64,000 nucleotides of DNA from Octopus sinensis (GCF_006345805.1 NC_042999.1:32302001-32366000), one strand, 5' to 3'. Shown: positions 39,774 through 54,155, counted from the stretch's first letter. A program made the numbers and translations. The notes: generated from the letters alone by a model not told the origin.

Positions 39774-40689
39774 GCACACACACACACTAATAACCTCAAA
39801 AACAGGCTTAAGATATTCACCCGTATTTGGAGGAGGAAGGTGGGTGTAGAGATTGTGCTCTTGTTTCAACCGATCTAAAAACTATACACAAGTCTTCGTA
39901 GAAAGGAATTCAAATCTCTGAAATGGGGAATATATGCAAATAGCGTAAAATCTGTTAATGTGTTGCGGCGTTGAACAAGTAAAGCAAGATTACATTTTGA
40001 AATAGAAGCGGTTCTTATGTTATAAGCATTATTTATATCACATAATATATGTGACTTGTTTAAATGCCCTTTATATCCAGTATTCTCTCCAGAGTAAGAC
40101 CCTATCAGACATCGAATAATAAAAGAAAAAACATGGTAAGCATGATAGAATATGTCATGAAAACATGGAAATTTAATTTGATCTGTCTCTTTGCCGATGA
40201 ATATTGGAAGATAATTTGGATGAATCCGTAAATTATTCGCTTCAAATGATCGACCGACAACATCAAATACAGACACCGTCTATTTTAAGTCAGTAGTCTG
40301 TCCAATAATTTCCTTTAACTGCAGTATATTTCTAACCCAGTGATACATGATTCGCATATCTACTATATATATATTTACATTAGACAACGCTATTTACATC
40401 AACTGCATTTGCAACTGAATATATTAATCTTCGCCAGTATTCATGTACACCAATGTTTCGTTTACTGATTTCTGTACAGGAGAGTCGCTTTTTTTCCTGG
40501 TTTACCAAAAATGCTGGTGGATATTCCTAACTTAGGAGAATAAATGTGTTTAAAGCAGGTCTAACAAGCGATCGAGGCCATTCAGACAAATTATCTATAT
40601 TTTATGACTCGAGTTTCTATGGCAAGTTTGAAAGTAACTTCTCATATACGAAATGGTGATGAAGTTAGGTCAAGGTTATACGTGCATGC

Positions 40690-40850
40690 TCACACACAGA
40701 TATAAAGCCTGCTTTCCAACCACATTCCTCCTGGTTCAGTCTCACTGCGTGACAACTTGTGCATGTGTCTTCTACTATATCTTCGGGCCGACTTAACTGG
40801 ATTTGATAGACAGAAACGGAACGAAACCTGTAGATGTGTGCATATATATA
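40690..40850 (-). mobile_element. SINE family A 5' half
   Basis: GGTTCAGTCTCACTGCGTG...CTTCTACTATATCTTCGGGCCGAC...GGATTTGATAGACAGAAAC, homologous to the family A head. This copy reads in the same sense as 42913 (+) over its core; orientation assignment is tentative. Confidence 0.55.
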
Positions 40851-40890
<40 letters not shown>

Positions 40891-40984
40891 TGCTAAGTTC
40901 CTCGCAAGCAATGTATGAGATTTGCTGTGTGTCCTGCTGGAGAAATGAGTTGATAAGGTAATCGAAGTAGCCGGAGTGTGATAG

Positions 40985-41745
40985 AATACTTAAACTTAGA
41001 CTAGTGCTGCAACATGGATTAGCAACCATTATCGAGGCCTCTGCATCGCAGCCAGGGCAACCTGAGGAACAGAAAGCCCGATTTTATGCCGCCCTCTTGC
41101 GGAAAACCTCTACGATGAATGGGAGGGACCATGTTTTGGGGTTGGCGACTTCAATGAGCATGATGGAAAATATCCAGGGAGCTTCCATGGAGTACATGCT
41201 GGCAACAGATTGGGTTCCTGCAATGAGGAGGGAACCATGATGCTAGAGCTCCGTCCTGCAACGGATCTTATGATCTCTAATACTAACTTCAAGGCAACTG
41301 TCAGTCACATGTTCACCTACCAGTATGGTGAGTACACTAGTCAGATTGATTACACTCTCTCGCTATGAAACGAGAAAGGTAGTTACTTACAGAAGCCATA
41401 ATTTTCCCAGTGTAGAATGCACCCCACAACATAGGTTAGTAGTTAGCATCTTCAGGATTAGAGCTAAATGGCTTCCCAGAAAACGACCAGCATGGAAAGA
41501 AAGGTCTGGAAGCTTAAGGAACTTCCGAATGGACGGGGATTTAGAGACGTATTACGAAAAAGAGGAGGAAATAACATCATATAATGTAGAGGACAACTGG
41601 AGATCCCACAGGACAACCAGTTGAGGGCTTCTGACCAGATTTGCGGTTGGTACAAAGTTCCCTGTCGACCTAAGGTAACGTGGTGGTGGAACAATATAGC
41701 TGACATGGCCATTAGGGAAAAGAAACAGTCTCGAAAGATTAATGA
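40985..41745 (+). mobile_element. RTE-type LINE apurinic endonuclease remnant
   Basis: ASQPGQPEEQKARFY; GDFNEHDGK; CNEEGTMMLEL; DLMISNTNFK; SQIDY; HRLVVSIFRI; KVWKLK; VTWWNN. Confidence 0.9.
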
Positions 41746-42179
41746 ACATTTTGTAATTTGTAATTTTGTTTTAATTGAATAAAAGGACAGTGATTTCGAG
41801 GGGTTATCGGTCGGCGGGGGCCGGTGCCCCTCCCATTGTTGTTCATCATTATCATCCTCATCTCATTAATGTCTTTGTCCAGCGTGCAGCTACTTCTACT
41901 ATAGGGATGGAAATATAGTATGGTACTGTGAATCTTAGCTGAAATTGTTTTAAGAAAATATTCTACTTTCTATGTTCTATGTTATATATTTTAATGGTTA
42001 TTGATATTTATATATATATAAAGCATAATCTGTTATACATGTATTTAAATAGTTATAATTTTTTTTTATGTAAATAAATAGACATAATAACGTCTAAACG
42101 TTTATGAATACCATCTCTTGATCCCCTCTATTTCTTATTGTCGGATATAAATGTGTGTGTGTGCACGTGTGTGTATGGA

Positions 42180-42345
42180 GTGTTTACTTCGCCGTAAATT
42201 AGCGGTTGAGCAATTCAGACTGATGAAATGAGTACTAGGCTTTAGAAAACAAGACTTGGGGTCGGTTTGTTCGTATAAAATCCCATCAATGCGGGGCACC
42301 AATATGGACGCGGTCAAATGACTGAAACAAGTAAAACAATAAAAG
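42180..42345 (+). mobile_element. SINE 3' fragment
   Basis: TTAGCGGTTGAGCAA...GGGGTCGGTTTGTTCG...GGTCAAATGACTGAAACAAGTAAAA tail shared with family A. Confidence 0.7.
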
Positions 42346-42563
42346 AATAAATGAATATGCATGTATGTATGTAGAGAGAGACAGAGACGGATATTCTGTG
42401 AATTAGATGTATATATCGGAATCTGATATCTTTTGTAACTATATTCGAAAAAAAATACTTCTTTAGATATTGCAAATGTACATATACAATCATGCACACT
42501 TGGGTATGACAAAAATTAATACATTTCGCATTTGCCAAGCATTTGGATTTCTATCTGACAGCA

Positions 42564-42610
<47 letters not shown>

Positions 42611-42616
<6 letters not shown>

Positions 42617-42764
42617 TAAAGCAGCAGCAAATTCAACAAAACCTGTTATTCTGAGTTTCCCGTTGCCGTTCAACGGACAGTTTTTGCTAGAAAACTGTCC
42701 GACGAATGGCAACGGGAAACTCAGAGTAACAGGTTTTGTTGCATTTTCTGCTGCTTTAAATAAA
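42611..42764. repeat. 154-bp foldback palindrome (74-bp arms, 6-nt loop)
   Basis: Arms 42611-42684 and 42691-42764 are reverse complements with 6 mismatches (two are G-U compatible on +); loop TGCTAG. Confidence 0.95.
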
Positions 42765-42834
42765 GCATATTACTCTACCACAGGTATTTGAGTACACTTT
42801 TGTCCACCTTGTTTCACATTTATGTGTTTACTCC

Positions 42835-42901
<67 letters not shown>

Positions 42902-42912
42902 ATAGATATTAT

Positions 42913-43317
42913 ATAGGCGCAGGCGTGGCTGTGTGTGGTAAGTAGCTTGTTTACCAACCACATGGTTCCGGGTTCAGTCCCACTGCGTGGCACCTTGGGC
43001 GAGTGTCTTCTACTATAGCCTCGGGCAGACCAAAGCCTCGTGAGTGGATTTGGTAGACGGAAACTGAAAGAAGCCCGTCGTATATATGTTCATATATATA
43101 TGCGTGCGTGTGTTTGCGTGTCTGTGTTTGTCCCCCTAGCATTGCTTAACAACCGATGCTGGTGTGTTTATGTCCCCGTTACTTAGCGGTTCGGCAAAAG
43201 AGACCGATAGAATAAGTACTGGGCTTACAAAAGAATAGGTCCCGGGGTCGATTTGCTCGATTAAAAGGCGGCGCTCCAGCATGGCCGCAGTCAAATGACT
43301 GAAACAAGTAAAAGAGT
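42913..43317 (+). mobile_element. tRNA-derived SINE family A, full-length reference copy
   Basis: A-box-like TGGCTGTGTGTGG, B-box-like GGTTCAGTCCC, conserved core, internal (TA)/(TG) spacer, and tail GGCCGCAGTCAAATGACTGAAACAAGTAAAAGAG. Confidence 0.95.
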
Positions 43318-43326
43318 ATATATATA

Positions 43327-43365
<39 letters not shown>

Positions 43366-43887
43366 TTACGAAGAATTGAATTTAACTAATAATTTAAGAC
43401 GAGTAAATCACAATGCGACTATGAAAATAGATACTAACAATAATATTACCATGGTAATTAAGGTAAAAGGAAGATTGACGGCGGATAGACATAACAATGT
43501 CAGTTTTGATGATGAGAATGAAGAAAAGCTAAAAGCAGAGCAAGAATCAAGAACAATGAAGAAAAACGTTCAATTGCAATTATATATCTATATACCTTAT
43601 AGAGTGTCTGCATCTCTTACAATAATATTTGCCAAAATATGATTTGATTTAAGAAGTATCATAGTTACATCAATCGATGTACACCATGGTTTTCAGCAAT
43701 ATATTTTAAAATTAATATTTATAGAAATTGCGACCCGAGATTATTAGACATTTAAGTTTAAAATATGCACATAAATGAATAAATACATACACCCATATAT
43801 GCAGGTACACACACACATATACCCACTCATATGTATATATAAACAGATTATATATATGCATATATGGGCATATATATATGTGTGTGA

Positions 43888-43940
<53 letters not shown>

Positions 43941-44229
43941 GATAGATCTGTTACTCGTAAACCTATCGGAATGATATCAGTGCACTGAGAAATTTCAGTT
44001 TAATACCGTGTAATAACAGGCAAAACAAAAATCCTCATGATTAACAAACTGTAAAAATTTTGGCAGAATTAGACAGTCGTTTATTAGAATGAAAGGAAAT
44101 AGTAACAAAATAATTGCAATGGACATTTCCATTTAAAATTTGAATAAAAATTACTGAGAGAAAACAATGGGAAACCACCATAAATTCTGAAATATTGAAA
44201 CTTCCTCAACAGGATGCAAAAAAATATAA

Positions 44230-44271
44230 AGTAATAACAAATAATAATTAATAATAATGATAATAATAAAG

Positions 44272-44360
<89 letters not shown>
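44230..44360. repeat. (AAT)n microsatellite
   Basis: Direct reading. Confidence 0.95.
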
Positions 44361-46309
44361 TTATGTAGAAGTTGAAACTACTATAAACTGATTATATCGC
44401 TTCATTTGCATTCTTTTCTCTTCTGTTGTCTCAACATCAAAGTTAGTAATCACTGCATGAACAATTTGCTTTAATGTAATCTCATCTTGATAATACTCAA
44501 GTACCTGCCTTTATGAAGAGAGAATCGGTTCCATTATCAACTGTAGTTGAATCTGTTGACAAATTCTTTGTAAAATTCCTGATAATTTTATTGTGAAATT
44601 TGAATGTTATAAATCATTTCAGAAAAATATCAGCTACACATATAGAAAAAAGAAACGAAAAGACTTTTCAGTTTCAGTAAGCCAAAAAGAACAATCGTAA
44701 CTGAAACTTCTGTTGATCCATTATCATTTGTATTTAACTCAGGTATGCAGTATACTTCAGTCATTAAGTATCATGATATTTTGTTTTTGATCTCAAAAGT
44801 CTTAAGTAAATATGAAAAGAATATTATTATTTATTCGGTCAATTGCCTAGTCAAATAATCAATTTCTTAACTTAATTCTAATAATTAGTAAAATAATTAT
44901 TGTTATCGATTTCACTCACTCTATGAGAAATTCCTTCTATCAGTAGAAGATACGAAGATATTTATCATGATGTTGATATCATTGAATTCTCTCGAGAATA
45001 ATCGTCATTATAATTTAATTATAGCCAATACTTAATGGAATTTTAGCAATATTGGATGTGAATGAGATGGAATGGTTCAAGATTAAAATCAATTTATTAT
45101 CCCTATCTATGAAGCACATTATTCCAATGTATGTGTCTATTCTTCATAACACAAAATTTTGAAAGATATGGACTTAATTGACTTCACAAGAATCCTTAAA
45201 TAAATATTGATTATTTCATATTTTGTGTAATAGATTCATTGTTAAAAGTGCTATATATATATAGCTACGTAACAATCACGTCGCTGTTATGTCGCGTTTA
45301 TAGTGAGTTCTATAAGATAGAATAAATACATCGGTACGGCATAAATATAGATGAGCGTGTATAGTTTTGGAATGTCTGCATCAACATAATTCGGCCTGCA
45401 TTCTGTTTCGTGGAATTAAAGAGCAATAAGAACAAGTAAAATATAGTATCCACGATAATTGGGGGCCAGTGTGTCACCGATCGAAATAGGTAACATTGCT
45501 TCATTAACGTTAAATTCATTCATAAATTCAGAAAGCACCAGATGTTAGTTGTCTCAGCACGTGAGTTGGGAATAATCGATCTTAGTAATTTTTCGATTGC
45601 AAAACGCTGAGACATTTAATGCAGTACTTCGGATTTTCGGGATAATAACTCATGAACTGTTTATTACATGTTTGTTACGAAGCTCATTTCAATTTATGCA
45701 TTTTCCTTTTTACAAATTTTAAGTTCTAATAATTTTGCAGAATTACAAACGTTTTGTCTGGCATATACACATGGGCTTCCTGCATCTCGCATTCTAGCAG
45801 TATTGCTTTTTTTCCTTTTTCGTTATGGTCCTTAATTACTTAATTACAAAATGAAATTGTTTTTCTGAGTTGATATATATGTAAATAATATTTGCATAAA
45901 TCACGTGTTAGATTATTTATGAATGTATTATAATATTCGTAACCAAGCCAAGATTAGTATAGTAAACAGACGCAGTATTCTCGCAGTTTTATATGTCATG
46001 ATATATAACTAACGTTTGGGTGTGAATCGTACGTGATTTTAGTTACCTATGGATGTAAAAGAATGGAGTCGGGCATAACAATTTCAGAATAGAATTCATT
46101 AGAAAAGAATGAAATATAATTTTCCAACAGTTGTATGAGGAAACATTGATAAATTGACTTTAAATTTAATATTCACATCTCTAACGGCAATAATATGCGT
46201 TTACCAACTTGTATAGTGAATGTTCTATCAAGGAGAATTTTTATTTGAATCTACGACGAAGAAGAGGAACTAAAATCTTAGGCTTTCAATGTATGACTAT
46301 ATATATATA

Positions 46310-46341
<32 letters not shown>

Positions 46342-46592
46342 GTGACGTAGATAGAAAAATATATCTTACGTCTATGTTATTGCTTCATTAAATGTGAAAG
46401 GCATTCCATATAATGTTAGACGGACATATTCAGCAATTTAACTGAGGATTGTTTCGTAATCTACATGACTATTGATGGAAGAAGTTATAATGGTATCATC
46501 CGTGACAATTTTGACTGGTATTTTTTTCTTTTTTCTTTCATATAATTAACACAAATATATATTTTTATTTACTATGTATGTATGCATGTATG

Positions 46593-46626
<34 letters not shown>

Positions 46627-46627
<1 letters not shown>

Positions 46628-46806
46628 TTAAATTAGAGATAAAAGCACTATTAGGCAAATCAAACAGTGAAAAACATAAACCAAAACAAAGAAATAAAAT
46701 TAATTAATATAAAATACAAAATATATTAAATTCAAAATTTAAATTATTTAAATTTAAAGTTAAAAATTAAAAATTATAAATTTATATTTATAAATTTATA
46801 TATATA

Positions 46807-46853
<47 letters not shown>

Positions 46854-48360
46854 ATATGTATGTATGTATATATTTTTAATTTTAATTTTAATAGTTTTAT
46901 TTATTTATTAAGTTTTTATTTATTAAATGTATATAACTAACAAAAAGTATTAAAAGTTTAATATAAGATAAAAAGTAAAACCACTACGATCGTTTCATGC
47001 TCATAACCTAATTCGAATAACAATAATTTAAATACATTTACTAATTCGAATTATGTTTATAGTCAATCTTCAGGTTAATAATAATAGTAAATAAATAATC
47101 AAATATATTTAAGCAATATTTTTTAAGAAATAAATAAAATAATAATTTTTCTTATAAAATAATAATTTTTCTAATACAAAATCTCTATTATCAAATTTTA
47201 ACGATTATGATTATGTCATACAATCGATTATAATGTTAAACATTAATTTTAAGGTAAGAATAGATAGAAAATGTATCTATTTATTCAGATATAATATAGC
47301 TTAAAAAAAACATAAACCTACAAATAATCTAATCACAGTTATAGTGAATATCTAATTTACCTAAATATTTAGCCAAAAAATAATCAAAACAAATAATCAT
47401 TATTCCTATTATTAAATTTAATTTCAAATCAAATAATTATATAATATTTGAATAATAACGAAATTATCAATGAATGTATATAAATGTATATAAAGATAAT
47501 AATTAAGATCTAAAATTATCTCTATCAAAAAATATATATGCACGTATAATAGAAATCTAATGAATTAATATTTATGAAATATATTAAAAATTAAAAGATT
47601 AAAGATGAAAAAGCAAATTGTATACAAACAAACTAACTATCTTAATAGAACGCTATAACTAATTATCGATCCATATATCTCATGGCTAATTAATAACTTA
47701 CAAAAACCGTATAGTTAAGAACAAAAATGAAATAATGAAATACATATGTTCAACAACTAACTACTTAATGAAATTATCAATCCGTAGTTATATAGTATCC
47801 AATAAATACTAGGAATATATTTATCAATGAAAATACTACTGCAAATTATCAATTGAAAATAGCAATATATAAGATATAATAGACGCAGTCAACTATTAGA
47901 GATATTTATGAATATATAAATAGCTTAAAATAACATAACCTCACAAATATCCTTAACTCAGTTATACTCCAAAAATTTAATTACAAAATTAATTAACTAA
48001 AAAATAATATTCATATATTAGATTTAAGTATACATCTAACAGTTATAAAATATTTAAAATAATAACTAACTATCAACAAATATAGTTAATAACGACTAAA
48101 CGTTATGCTCTCAATAAATGTAAATACATGAAAACTAACTTTAAAAAGTTGTATTACTATTAACGACTTATATATCTCTTCGGCTTACAAATAAACGTAG
48201 AGTTAAAATCTAATAATTATATAAATAACTACGATAACTAAATCATTACATAACAATCAGTATTTATATAAAATACAAAATTATATAATAAGACTTATTA
48301 AAATATTTAAATTTTAAAATTTAAAGATCTTAAATATAAATATATACTTAGATTTGCAAG
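46627..48360. mobile_element. Extremely AT-rich decayed element, probably PLE terminal region
   Basis: Starts at (TA)n with a terminus similar to 37829-37840 (in reverse); contains a hammerhead; internal duplicated block near 47290 and 47910. Confidence 0.45.
46977..47080 (-). ncRNA. Type I hammerhead ribozyme motif with long stem II
   Basis: Minus: AC-CTGAAGA-[long hairpin with TAATTCGAAT/ATTCGAATTA arms]-GAAA-CGATCG-TA-GT. Intact core, palindromic stem III ACGATCGT, GUA site; stem I is eroded. Confidence 0.65.
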
Positions 48361-48843
48361 GTTTTGTGTGTGTGTATGTATGCATGTATATAGCAAAATA
48401 AATACTTTACATTTGGTAGCTTGCTGGTAAAATACGGTCACTTTCACAGTGTCGTTATGTATATGGTAAAGGAAAAACGGAAGATGGAATATATGAGATT
48501 TTTTTTAATCAAGACAATTATTCCGACATGTCTAGCATCACTTAACTCCTGATTCAGGAGCATCCGGCGGTACAGATATGTGTCACCGGGTGATAAATAG
48601 ATACAAATCGTTACAATTATATATCCACAACGTATCTTCTCATTTCGTATAAAGAAAAGCAGCAAAACGAAGGAAATTTCTTCATTTATATAGGTCAAAA
48701 ACAAAATCACAGATACAAAAAAGATGCTCCTGAACCAGTAATTAAGTGTCCCACCTGTGACGGCTCGTTCTTAGATGCATCGAAACAATTGTCATGATTG
48801 ATAAAAATGCTCGTATATTCCATCTTCCAACATTCATTTTCCA

Positions 48844-48937
<94 letters not shown>

Positions 48938-50956
48938 CAGTATCATAGCCAAGCAGTCATTAAGCTAAAAGCTAATTCACTGAGGTAAATATAACATTCG
49001 TGTTTGATACAGGTTTTAAAAATACCATATCAGCCTAAAGCTACACTGTATCAGATTTCCAGACGCAGCATTTCTGGCACTTTATCTCTCCTTAATCATA
49101 CCGAAGAGAGGTATCTCTGAGCAGTTTTAAAGCCGTAGCTTTAACTGAAACATTGTAAGCAACATGAACAAAGTTGCGCAATGAAGCCGACCGGTCCGGG
49201 TAAATTAGCAGTATCAGTGCCAGGCAGTGATTAGGCGTGACTAAAATGATTTATTTCACAAATATATATTAACTTATATTTAATTACCACTTGAAAAGAA
49301 ACACTTTTTGGAAGCATTCACATATTATATATTAACTGCTTATGACAAAATGACCAGTTATCACAGAATTGCTAGTTCATATATTTTTCCCATGTTCTGT
49401 ATAGGGTTCTGTTTAACGGGTAGCCTACTAAACTTTGATAGTCAATTTATCATCTCCTCCGTAGATTAGGTATAAACTTTTATATATTTACTCGCTCCGC
49501 TTCAGTTCACGAATTCTTAAGAGAAACAGTTGTATTTTATGGACTAAAAAGGAATTGCAGTCATCCTTATTTTATGATTCCGAAATTTCTTAATATACTC
49601 AGTTTTATAAATTTAATAGTGCAATTTTGTTTGAAATATTTCACAGGATTTGTATACCATTTCTAGTTGTGGCAAATAGTCTAAATTCTCAGTGAAACAC
49701 TTCAAACTGTCCCCAAACTGTTCGTAGTTTAATTAAAACTACAACCATTAATCTACAATAGGTTACAACAATGTGATTTAACAAGAAACCAAAATGCTTA
49801 CTATTAAATTTCAACAATTATTAGAGGCTTTGGAATATGTTCGCATCACTCTGTCCGATGTAATTGCATATTTACAAATCTTGTACTCAAGGTCAAACGA
49901 TGGAAGCGCAGATGACTATTCACTACATCATAAATATCATTCATGAGTATCTCAAAGCGATACAGTTATTTCGAATTTGATCATAAATTTACAAACTGTT
50001 CAATAATAATTTTAAAGACATTTTCATATATAAAGGGAAAATAATAATATAGCTATAATCAATAATGTAGTTATTTATATTATTTAAATTGATGCTTACA
50101 AATCCCTCCTAAGATTATATCTGTCAATTTCCCTTAAAACAAATAAATGTGTTTGTAATGTTTTGAAATGTACACTCAATAAATGCTTAATATATTATTA
50201 TATATGCCTTTTCTCATGCCGTTTCTCATTCGGCATATTTTCGCTATAATTATTTTAAATAGAAAACAAATATTTGTTTTAAATATAAATCGAACAATAT
50301 CAATAAATATTTAGCTATCTGAGGCAGTTAGAAGATACTGTGTTAATTATAGATTTCGAATGCGTATAAAAATATTTTCATTTTGCGCAATATTTCTCGA
50401 ATCCATTTCAAATGAAATGGTAACTGCATGATTTGAGCAACATTATCATATACCATTAACAAACATAGGAATTATATGTAATCCAACATATAATGGTTAA
50501 TGTATACCAGGATACTTGGGGATCGATTTTGACAACACAGTGAAAGTTAATGAATTAGATCTTTTCCGTGTTTGATTCTACTGCGCAACTCACCCGGAAA
50601 TGTTTAGATGGAACAAAATTGTTTCTAACCTATGAACATGTGAAAGGGATGTTGTGGGTTCATTCCAATCATAGGGATTCTGTCCTAATGCAAGTCAAGC
50701 TTTAACAACACCAGCTGTGCTTTTGAAGATTCACTGTTGAAAGCATTGGGATATGCGTCCATCAGACGACAGCTTCTGATTTTCTCCTTGAGCTTTTGTA
50801 CACCACGAAGAGGGACACATTGGTTGCCCATTCTTCTCAAACTTCCACAAAGGGATATTATCTCCGGCATAGAAATACCGGAAGATACAATGCCGTCAAC
50901 GGTTGTAAGACACAGTTATTTCAAAACATCGAGTGATATATATATATATTATATAT

Positions 50957-51001
<45 letters not shown>

Positions 51002-51187
51002 AATAAAGAAGGGTAAACATACTGAATCGACAGCTTCAAAACACCACCAATCTTACGATTAATATACACACGTGCAAAGCAATGAGCAATTTAAATATAG
51101 GCCTACCTTCAGGATGGAATATGAAAATGAAAACTACATATCCCAATATCAATTGATTTCATGCTCTACATGCAAAACATGCTCTGC

Positions 51188-51743
<556 letters not shown>

Positions 51744-52650
51744 CATTTATGTAGGTATTTATATGTGCATATATTTATGTGTGTGTACGTATGTATGTAT
51801 GTGCTTAATGCAGTCTAAATTGTAAAGTGAGAAGAGTAAATGAGGTGAAAATACTTAGTCTATTGCTGTACAGTTTGAAGAGTTGTGCAACCTAGGTTTT
51901 GCATTATTAGCGAGAAAACATATACTTATGCTTTTTACTACTTTTATAGCATTATCTTGCACGAAGCCACTATTTATTGCTTACTATATCTGTTGCGTGT
52001 ATTCTCTGAAGTGTTACCTCTTAACTGATCTACTCACCTCTTTCACTGTTATATGTCAGCTGCTGTATCAATGGATCCTATATGAATACTACCATTCCAT
52101 AAATATTTTTTCCCTTATGGTTATTTGCATTTTATTTTAGAGTTGCGACTTGTTTTGATATGTGGTATTTCCCTAATCGTAAAACCTAGCATTAATGATG
52201 TAGTAGGTTGGGAATATTCACTCTTTGATAAAGATTTCTCAGCTTTATTGAGTTTCTATGCCGCTTTACTTTGCATACACTATTTGTTATTTCAAAGATT
52301 TTACTTGTAAATATAAGATATGTAGAAATCGAAAGGCGTGCGAAAATAGCTTACTGAAATATGCCAATATCGATTGGTTCGTTTCAAATGAATGTGGTTT
52401 TTATATATTTTATTACTGCTTGATGATTGCGCATAACTGTTACTTTTATCGATATTTACATAATTCCATATGGCTACAGAAAGCATGGATTTCATTTGAC
52501 TTTCCGCTTAGTGCAACGCTCCTATTTTTATCCATGCTAAATGGTTTTCATAATAAATGTCTTGGAGTATACCAAGCTTTCTATCGCCGTTTTTCAGTGA
52601 TTTATGTTCAAATCGTTATGTTTCAATACATATTTTGCAAAATATTTCAG

Positions 52651-52756
52651 CTGAGTTTATAGATGGTCCATCTCCCAACTTTGGGGTCAATGGTTCGTAT
52701 GATATTAAGTTTCTTGAAAACATTAATAGCCACAAAAATGTAGCTGCTTTTTTCAG
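52651..52756 (+). CDS. Candidate coding exon: EFIDGPSPNFGVNGSYDIKFLENINSHKNVAAFF
   Basis: Acceptor aaaatatttcag, donor AG|gtataa; 106 nt open, phase 1 to 2; no convincing neighbours identified. Confidence 0.3.
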
Positions 52757-53699
52757 GTATAAATCAAATAATAGAAGACTACCTATCACTTTATACTTAA
52801 TTGCTAATTTGCGGTGAATTAATTACCGTAAAGACGATGTGGAGCATGACATTCATTCAGAACTGATATATAGTGTGCCAATGTCTAATAGAGGCTGATA
52901 TGAAAAGGCAGCTATGCAGGGATTTGGCTTTTTTTTTACTATATTATTTCTTGCTAAATGTTAGAGCATGTGACCTTCAGAAAATTTTTTTTTATATAAA
53001 TGGAGTTTGGAAAAAAGGTTATAAACAGGGAGTAGATACTCTTTCAAAATTGTTGCCGTTGATACCTTAGCTTAGATCTGTATTGATGAAGCAAATTTCT
53101 GATCAAATGAAATTAGTTACATGCACTAAAATATTTAGTATACTTTTATGTATATTGTACACTAGAATGCATTTGCTCCTTACAAATCAGGCACACACGC
53201 TCGCACACACATAAACACACACACATATATAGCAGAATTTGTTGAAAATGCACCTAAATTAGAAAGACTTGTATTTGCTTTTAAATAAATGTATTTACAT
53301 ACCAAACTACTTTCAATAATTTTTGGTTTATTAATGCTAAAAAAGGTATGGGATTTTAAAAAGAATTTGCCAAGTAGAAAACATGTTTAAAAGATTAAAT
53401 GTTCACAAAAAAATATAATAATATCAAAAATGATCGGCAAAGAATATTAAAAAAATGGATCACTAAAAGTTCGGTCATACTGACCAAAATATAAGTCCGT
53501 TTTTACTTCGCTATGTAGTATATCTTCCTTTCATTTCGTTTCATTCACGATACTCTTCCATTGACTCGACCTTGGTGCTTTACTGTTTAAGGACCGGATT
53601 CACTTGAATATATATGTGAGCGTATGTGTACGTGTGCGTGTCTGTGTCTATGTATATGCATATGTGTATACACACACGTGTAGATATATCTTCCGAACA

Positions 53700-53822
53700 A
53701 CATATTTTTGGGCTCTCTCCCACAGCGTGACACCTAGGGCACGTGGCTTCCTCTATAGCATCGGGGCGACGAAAGACTTGGGAGTGGATTTGGTTGACGG
53801 TAGCTGAAATAAGCTCTTCGTG

Positions 53823-53857
<35 letters not shown>

Positions 53858-54125
53858 ATGTGTGTGTGTGTATGTGTGTGCGTGTGTGTGTGTGTGAATT
53901 ATATATCTATGCATGTATGTGATTGTGCGCCTGCGTTTGTCCCTCCCCCACTAACACTTGACAACCAATATCGGTGTATTTACGTTCTAGTAACTTTGCG
54001 GTTCGGCAAAATACACCGATGGAGTAAGTTCTAGGCTTACAAATAATAACTTCTTGGGTCGTTCTTTCGACTAAAGGCTGTCCTGCAGCATGCCCGCAGT
54101 CAGTTGACTGAAACAAGTAAAAGGA
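53700..54125 (+). mobile_element. SINE family A, degraded
   Basis: GGAGTGGATTTGGTTGACGG...TTTGTCCCTCCC...GCGGTTCGGCAAAA...GACTGAAACAAGTAAAAG. Confidence 0.8.
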
Positions 54126-54155
54126 TATAAGAATGCGTGTGTGCGCGCCCGCATC

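Noticed and set aside
39875-40276. 133-aa minus ORF
   Set aside because: No recognisable domain or convincing splice context.
44380-45210. Protein-like fragments on both strands
   Set aside because: Many stops in all frames and no recognisable motif; cannot be called a pseudogene.
48705-48800. GAAACAATTGTC palindromic stem III and a CPTCDGSF zinc-finger-like peptide
   Set aside because: No usable CUGAnGA core; the peptide lacks the His pair and supporting exons.
50685-50940. IEIPEDTMPSTVV cadherin-like (+) or GNQCVPLRG hAT-like (-) peptides
   Set aside because: Single short resemblances without flanking motifs or splice support.
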